Positions 58,590 to 64,000 of a stretch of DNA of 64,000 nt are shown here, one piece after another. How positions within the stretch are numbered: the stretch's first letter is position 1; each line of letters begins with the position of its first letter. The notes under the pieces are model-generated. The model saw only the letters and a list, made by a program, of their open reading frames with translations. It was not told the origin of the DNA and ran no database searches. Source of the stretch: Dehalococcoidia bacterium (GTDB lineage: Bacteria; Chloroflexota; Dehalococcoidia; GIF9; UBA5629); NCBI GenBank assembly GCA_034436215.1, contig DAOTVU010000060.1, positions 5,994 through 69,993 on the forward strand. Reading direction: 5' to 3'. The position numbers and the translations under genes are program-made.

Positions 58590-61298
58590 TCAGTTTTTGC
58601 TAACTTTAACCTTTAAAGGAGCCGGCTGTCCGGACAGTTCAATCCGACTTTCGGATTCGCTTCCGTTGCCATGTCCGTTGCCGCCGGCCTTCCCATCATC
58701 AGCCAGCTTATATTTGGAAACGAGCTTATCGAACTCGTCGCCCATCTGTGCCAGCGTAGCGCCTGAAGCAACCACCTCTTCTACCTGAGCGCTGATTTCC
58801 TCGGCCGCGGCTGAAACCTGCTCGGCGGCGGCACTGTTCTCCTCGGCAACCCCGGCCACGCTTTCGACGGCTTTAGATACCTGTTTGGCGGTAGCCGCCA
58901 TTTCCTCGGTTGCCGCCGTGTTCTGTTCGACAATCGCACTGATATTATCGCTCAGCTTGACCATCTCCGTGCTCATAGCGGTCAGCTCCTCGACGGCACT
59001 GGAAATCTGCTCCACCTGCACACCAACATCTCTGGCATGGTTGAGGATTTGCTCCAGCGCCTCACCCGCCTTATTTGCCAGCTCATAGCCTGCGTCAACT
59101 TCCTTGTTCCCGTTTTCCATTGCCCGGATGGTCTCTGCCACCCCGTTCTGTATTCCCCCGATAAGGTCAGCGATCTCCTTGGTAGCCTCCTGCGAGCGTT
59201 CAGCGAGCTTCCTGACCTCATCAGCAACCACGGCGAAGCCGCGGCCCTGTTCACCCGCTCGTGCAGCCTCCACCGCCGCATTAAGCGCCAGCAGGTTGGT
59301 CTGGTCGGCTATATCATCGATGGCCGACACGATCTTGCCTATCTCTCTGGACCTTTCACCCAGCCCGTTGACCTTGCCGGAGGCCGCATCCATTGTTTTC
59401 TTGATATTCTCCATTCCACGAACGGTCTCACGCGCCATAGCAGCGCCCGTTTGAGCGGACTCGGATGCCACCCGGGCACCGGCCGCCGCCTTCTGTGCAC
59501 CTGCCGAAATGTCATTGATAGCGCTTGATACCTGGCTCACCAGCTGCACGTTTTTCTCAATCATCTGCGCCTGTTCCTGTGCGCCCCTGGCTATCTGGTC
59601 GATAGCACGGGAGAGATTTTCCATAGCCTTCATCGTCTCCTGCAGTGCGCCCGCCTGGTCGGCGGCTCCTTTAGCCACCTGCTGACTGGAAGCCGCTATC
59701 TGCTGTGTGGCCTGACCGGCCTGCTCCGACGCCATGATGAGCTGTTTGCTGGACTCCTGCAGTTCCCGGGTAACCTGCTTGAGTTTAACCACCACCGCTA
59801 TCCTGTTGTCCAGTGATGAGTTGATGGCATCTTTAAGCTTCTCCAGCTCTCCCTGGTAATTACCCGCCACATGTGTTGTCAGATCGTAATTAACCTCACG
59901 TGCCAGCACGGCACCCGCTTCATTAAGCGGTACAACGATACTATCAAGAGTTTTATTAAACCCGTTGATTATCCTCAGATAGTCCCCCTTGAACCTGCCG
60001 GCATCACCTCTCACGTCCAGTCTGCCTTCCGCCGCCGCCATAGTCAGTTCATCGAGCTCCTGTATGATGGCCATGAGATTGTTGCGCAGCATATCCATTT
60101 TCTCATTGGCAACAGCCTGCTTGCCCGGCAGCTTTTCCAGCACCGGCTTAAAATCGCCGTCCGCGTAGGAGCTCAGAATACCCAGTATTTTGAGTATGTT
60201 ATCCACGTGCATCCTGATGGCCGCATTAAAACCCTCGGCAACCTCTTTAAAGGCACCCCGATATTTATCAGCGGCCATATAGTAGTCTATATCTCCGGCC
60301 ATCTGCTCCAGATAAACCTTCTGCATATTGGAGATCAAATCCTTCAAATTGGCGACCACACTGCCGAAGGCATGGGAGAGTGCATCTTTGTCCGATTTAG
60401 GGGCAATCTCAACATTGAGGTCGCCTCCGGCCAGCTTTTCCGAGGCGGCGGCCAGATCCTTCATGTAGGCCACCACGTCGGCAAAAGCCCGGGTCGCCTC
60501 TCCGACCTCATCATCCGATTTTACGACAACATCCTGTTCAACATCACCAACCGCGACGGCTTTGCCCACGCCCACCAGTGATTTAAGCGGCCTGCTTATC
60601 ATAATTCTGACCAACCAGATGCAGAACAGCACGCTGACAAGCATGATTACCAGCGAGATTATCAATATCTGCGTTCGGACGGCACCTATCGTCTCTTCCA
60701 CATCCACGGTATAGATGTCCGTTCCCACAATCCAGCCCCACGGCTCAAAGGACTTAATATATGACGTTTTGGGTACGATGCGGTTGGCCTCGTTCTTGTA
60801 CTGCCACATATAGGAAGTGAACCCTTCCTTCTGCGATCTGGCCAGCGCGACCATCTTCTGGAACATAAGGTCTCCATTTGCATCCTTGTACTGGCTGACA
60901 TCGGTATCCACCAGCCTGGTATTGAAGGGATGCACAATCATATAAGGCCGATAATCGATAACAAAAAAATAGTTCATGTTCTCGGGCCCGTAACGCAGGG
61001 ATGCTATCGCGGTCTTGGCATCCTTCTGCGCATCCTCTCTGGTCATGGCACCGCATTCCTCAAACATATAATAGTACTGCAGTATACTGCAGACGGTCTG
61101 AACCTGATCCTGCGTTTCGACCTTTTTGGCCTCGTAAAGCGAGCTCTGCATCTGCGGCAGCAGGTAGCCGAGGATGAAGGCCATAAAGACTACCACCACC
61201 GCCATCACTATCAGAGTGACTTTCCACTGAACCCCCAGCCTGAATCTCTTTTTCCCACCCTGAGATGAACTGATGCTATTACCGGTCATAATAGTCAA
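58590..61298 (-). CDS. Transmembrane methyl-accepting chemotaxis protein with periplasmic Cache-like sensor, HAMP array and MCP signalling domain
   Basis: TM1 [20 protein letters not shown], ~190-aa periplasmic domain, TM2 [21 protein letters not shown]-terminal MCP motif identical in class to 52050..54158. Confidence 0.85.
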   Translation of the reverse strand: MTIMTGNSISSSQGGKKRFRLGVQWKVTLIVMAVVVVFMAFILGYLLPQMQSSLYEAKKVETQDQVQTVCSILQYYYMFEECGAMTREDAQKDAKTAIASLRYGPENMNYFFVIDYRPYMIVHPFNTRLVDTDVSQYKDANGDLMFQKMVALARSQKEGFTSYMWQYKNEANRIVPKTSYIKSFEPWGWIVGTDIYTVDVEETIGAVRTQILIISLVIMLVSVLFCIWLVRIMISRPLKSLVGVGKAVAVGDVEQDVVVKSDDEVGEATRAFADVVAYMKDLAAASEKLAGGDLNVEIAPKSDKDALSHAFGSVVANLKDLISNMQKVYLEQMAGDIDYYMAADKYRGAFKEVAEGFNAAIRMHVDNILKILGILSSYADGDFKPVLEKLPGKQAVANEKMDMLRNNLMAIIQELDELTMAAAEGRLDVRGDAGRFKGDYLRIINGFNKTLDSIVVPLNEAGAVLAREVNYDLTTHVAGNYQGELEKLKDAINSSLDNRIAVVVKLKQVTRELQESSKQLIMASEQAGQATQQIAASSQQVAKGAADQAGALQETMKAMENLSRAIDQIARGAQEQAQMIEKNVQLVSQVSSAINDISAGAQKAAAGARVASESAQTGAAMARETVRGMENIKKTMDAASGKVNGLGERSREIGKIVSAIDDIADQTNLLALNAAVEAARAGEQGRGFAVVADEVRKLAERSQEATKEIADLIGGIQNGVAETIRAMENGNKEVDAGYELANKAGEALEQILNHARDVGVQVEQISSAVEELTAMSTEMVKLSDNISAIVEQNTAATEEMAATAKQVSKAVESVAGVAEENSAAAEQVSAAAEEISAQVEEVVASGATLAQMGDEFDKLVSKYKLADDGKAGGNGHGNGSESESRIELSGQPAPLKVKVSKN

Positions 61299-61481
61299 TC
61301 CTCCTCGATAATCATATTACGGCAAATACAAGCCTTTTTAATTTTTCCACATAATCTCCGGGTGGATAAGAGTCGGGAGGATAATTTTTTTGACCGCCGA
61401 GTCTCAGCAATAGTGAGCCGAAAAGTAACAATCACAAACGCAGGATACAGTTTGAAGGATGGATAGGTAAAGAGGGAAATT

Positions 61482-62297
61482 TTACAGCAACTGCGCTAGA
61501 TACCAGTGCAACAGCTCCCTCCCCCAGAGCATAGCCAGAACGGCGCCCAGACATAAAAATGGACCGAAGGGTATGGGGTCCTTTCTCCCTTTTCTGCGGG
61601 CAATCAGCAGCACCACCGCCACCAGACCGCCCACAATTACAGCCAGGAAGAGCGCAACCAGCACGGCGGGAAATCCGACCATAGCGCCGATCAGTGCCGC
61701 CAGCTTGACATCGCCCAGCGCCATCCCTCCCCGGGAAGCGACAACCACCAGCATTAAAAGCAGCAATCCGCAAAAGGCTCCGATTAAAATGTTATAGAAA
61801 TAGATGTTTACGAATGCCAGCATATCCGGCAGAGGGAGTACCAGAGACCAGGGAGGCCTCAGATGTAGAAGCGTTATGGATGCCGATAACAGCAGGGCTA
61901 TGATAAACCCGGGGTAGGTGATGGCATTGGGAAGGAGCATTTTCTCAGCATCGGTGATCATCAGTATCATCAACAGCAGTATGTAAATAGCGGACAGGGA
62001 AAGCACCCAGGAAAAGCCGTACCTGCAAAATATGCAGGTGAAAAGCAGCCCGCCGACTATCTCCACCAGCGGTATGCGCACCGACAGAGCGGCTCCGCAG
62101 CCGGGACACCTTCTTTTAGCCATAAAAAAGCCGGCAACCGGGATTATAAGGTATAAAGACCATGGTCTTCCGCACCCGGTACAGTTTGAAGGGATAAACG
62201 AACGCGGCTCGCGCAGCAGACCGGCGGCAACCAGATTGGCCAGACTGCCACAGCATAGCCCGACTAAAAAAAACAGGAAATACCGGACTATTTCCAT
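61482..62297 (-). CDS. pilD: Type IV prepilin-like leader peptidase (A24 family, PilD/FlaK-class) with N-terminal CxxC...CxxC Zn module
   Basis: CTGCG...CPGCG. Catalytic Asp in ITDAE and GMALGDVKL. 8 TM. Confidence 0.8.
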   Translation of the reverse strand: MEIVRYFLFFLVGLCCGSLANLVAAGLLREPRSFIPSNCTGCGRPWSLYLIIPVAGFFMAKRRCPGCGAALSVRIPLVEIVGGLLFTCIFCRYGFSWVLSLSAIYILLLMILMITDAEKMLLPNAITYPGFIIALLLSASITLLHLRPPWSLVLPLPDMLAFVNIYFYNILIGAFCGLLLLMLVVVASRGGMALGDVKLAALIGAMVGFPAVLVALFLAVIVGGLVAVVLLIARRKGRKDPIPFGPFLCLGAVLAMLWGRELLHWYLAQLL

Positions 62298-62358
62298 AAT
62301 AAAATAAATAAATGTAATTATTCTGTTAAATCAAAGGGAGGCAGGGTTCTCTGAACGT

Positions 62359-62514
62359 TCAGGATTTCTGCGCTATATCTCTCCATGCAGCCATAGCAAA
62401 GATCAGGCCGAGAAGGGCAAAAGCTACAGCAGTCAGCGGTGTGTGTTCGAAAAAGGAACCGGCAATGGCACCATAAATCGCGGCAACGGCCGCAAACAGC
62501 CATATATACTTCAT
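62359..62514 (-). CDS. Small 2-TM membrane protein (51 aa)
   Basis: MKYIWLFAAVAAIYGAIAGSFFEHTPLTAVAFALLGLIFAMAAWRDIAQKS. AAGGAGG SD 6 nt upstream (the longer ORF-track start lies inside the RBS). Confidence 0.35.
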   Translation of the reverse strand: MKYIWLFAAVAAIYGAIAGSFFEHTPLTAVAFALLGLIFAMAAWRDIAQKS

Positions 62515-62629
62515 ATCATGCCTCCTTTTTCTAATAATGCCCCAACAGGCCGCAAAGGTCAATAGGTGGCCGTGCACTTATTTTGTATAAATGATATGAT
62601 AAATACGTCACGATATTTTTAATTTTAAT

Positions 62630-63511
62630 GTGACATTTTATATTATGACTTCGACTATAAAATCTTTCTATTTAAGGCAGGCGATCAGCGGTGAAGGTGT
62701 ATTTTTCTGGCCTGTATATGAGGAAAAATTCCGAATCACCCATCGGGCCGGACGTCTGTTGTCCCCATCAAAGCATGGCGACACGGCCGATCTGGACAGC
62801 AGGCCTCCCTTCATAGTATGTGCAGGTAAAAGGAAGCGTTATTATGCCCCGTTGAGAAGTGTTCCCGTACTTCACCGCAGGTTCTGCTTGATTGAGGACG
62901 GCAGGGCAATGGTGGATTTCGCCTCCCGTTACGGTCTGCTGGGCTTTACCGCAGAACGGGTGAAATACAGTCGAAAAGGACTCCCTCCAGCCTTTCTGCT
63001 GGCTGAGTCCACGGCCAGGTGGCAGTTCGAGCTCAATGAGATGAGGCGGTTAATCTACCTGTGGGACCTGGTCAGAGAGGGGAAGGATTCAACTATCGCA
63101 TCCCTGATCTGCCGGGAAGATGACGGCCTGTATCTGAAGCTGGATAAACGAAGCCAGCTAATTGCCGCCGCCGATTCCCGTCTTTACCGTAAATGGCAGC
63201 TGCTGGGCGGGCGGCCCCGTGAAGCCGCCAGCCATTATATAATCGACCGCATCAATGAAAGGATAGGGGGATATGTCCGGCCGCAGATCAACCCGGAACA
63301 TGCGGGGCGCATTTATCTGCACCCCATTCGACTGCTGGATGCCATGTGGCTGATGTTTATGTGGGAGGTGATGGGAGAAGTTAGACCGGTCCGGTGTCCC
63401 ATCTGTCTGGAATGGTTCGATTCGGAAAGAAGCACGCGTAAGACCTGCAGCGATCGATGCCGCCAGAGGCTCTCGAGACTGAAGCGCAAATCATCCAGAG
63501 GCAAAGGTTAG
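62630..63511 (+). CDS. Hypothetical protein with C-terminal CxxC...CxxxC zinc-ribbon and basic tail
   Basis: VRCPICLEWFDSERSTRKTCSDRCRQRLSRLKRK. No family recognised for the N-terminal 250 aa. Confidence 0.4.
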   Translation: MTFYIMTSTIKSFYLRQAISGEGVFFWPVYEEKFRITHRAGRLLSPSKHGDTADLDSRPPFIVCAGKRKRYYAPLRSVPVLHRRFCLIEDGRAMVDFASRYGLLGFTAERVKYSRKGLPPAFLLAESTARWQFELNEMRRLIYLWDLVREGKDSTIASLICREDDGLYLKLDKRSQLIAAADSRLYRKWQLLGGRPREAASHYIIDRINERIGGYVRPQINPEHAGRIYLHPIRLLDAMWLMFMWEVMGEVRPVRCPICLEWFDSERSTRKTCSDRCRQRLSRLKRKSSRGKG

Positions 63512-63545
63512 CCGTGCCTTCCCCAAACTTCAATCAGCCCTGCCC

Positions 63546-64000
63546 TCAGTCACCATGTACATCCTGCAGAACATCCCCCTTCTCACGCAGGAGCTTGAGG
63601 CAGATATCCACCACCCGGGGGTCGTAAAGTATCCCTTTTTTCTGCTCCAGCTCCTCAATTGCCGCATCCATGCCGAGGGCGGCACGATAGGGGCGGTGTG
63701 AAACCATGGCTTCAACCACATCAGCCACAGCTAAAATCCTGGCCTCCAGCATGATCTCATCGTCCTTGAGCCCCCGGGGATATCCAGAACCATCCAATCT
63801 CTCATGATGCTGAAGGGCGATCTGTGCGATCGGCCAGGGAAACTCGATCTTGCTCAATATGTCATAGCTGCCCCGAGCATGGGTCCTGATCAGCTCCCAT
63901 TCTACGGGGCTGAGTTTACCCGGTTTGCTCAATATATCGGATGGGACATAAATCTTGCCGATATCATGGATAAGCGCTGCCGTCCTGATATACCGCACCT
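63546..64000 (-). CDS. HD-GYP c-di-GMP phosphodiesterase, C-terminal part (gene continues past window end)
   Basis: HDIGKIYVP...QHHERLDGSGYPRGL. ORF open at the window edge. Confidence 0.75.
   Translation of the reverse strand, partial: VRYIRTAALIHDIGKIYVPSDILSKPGKLSPVEWELIRTHARGSYDILSKIEFPWPIAQIALQHHERLDGSGYPRGLKDDEIMLEARILAVADVVEAMVSHRPYRAALGMDAAIEELEQKKGILYDPRVVDICLKLLREKGDVLQDVHGD

Overview
Bacterial 64-kb window of moderate GC, densely coded. Bacterial rather than archaeal because it carries a PolIII-alpha DnaE-type polymerase, PlsY, a TolB-like propeller and PilD. Genes are grouped by strand, and the window falls into three blocks. (1) 1-11.1 kb, minus strand: one long envelope thiol-redox / metal(loid)-type operon headed by ArsR. 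It holds the ArsR + DUF318 permease + redox-active-disulfide thioredoxin trio, a CcdA/DsbD-like membrane protein, two further membrane-anchored thioredoxins (one fused to a MauE/DoxX domain and FN3), duplicated PKD lipoproteins ending in a vicinal Cys pair, duplicated CxC lipoproteins, a DGC-domain protein, BART-type transporters, a ferredoxin and TauE. (2) 11.4-28.7 kb, mostly plus strand: housekeeping and accessory genes. These are UspA, three more ArsR paralogs, DegV-TauE-PlsY-GT2-SDR (lipid), an ABC-2 exporter, two tandem DhlA-type haloalkane dehalogenases, a Pif1 helicase with a C-terminal WYL domain, a TolB-like protein, an SOS-type promoter driving a small ORF plus an error-prone DnaE2 polymerase, and a SagB-type dehydrogenase next to two tiny membrane-peptide genes. 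(3) 32.4-64 kb, almost entirely minus strand: a motility and chemotaxis supercluster built around an ARCHAELLUM-LIKE gene set. It comprises a class-III-signal archaellin, ArlF/G-like proteins, ArlH (KaiC-like), ArlI (FlaI ATPase) and ArlJ, joined to a bacterial Che operon (two MCPs, CheW, CheA, CheC, CheD, CheY, CheB, CheR). Also present are a bacterial PilD-type prepilin peptidase, a NarL-type two-component system, four HD-GYP c-di-GMP phosphodiesterases, and a small protein whose N-terminus looks like the FliM CheY-binding peptide (candidate new CheY-to-archaellum adaptor). No CRISPR, rRNA/tRNA or transposases were recognised.
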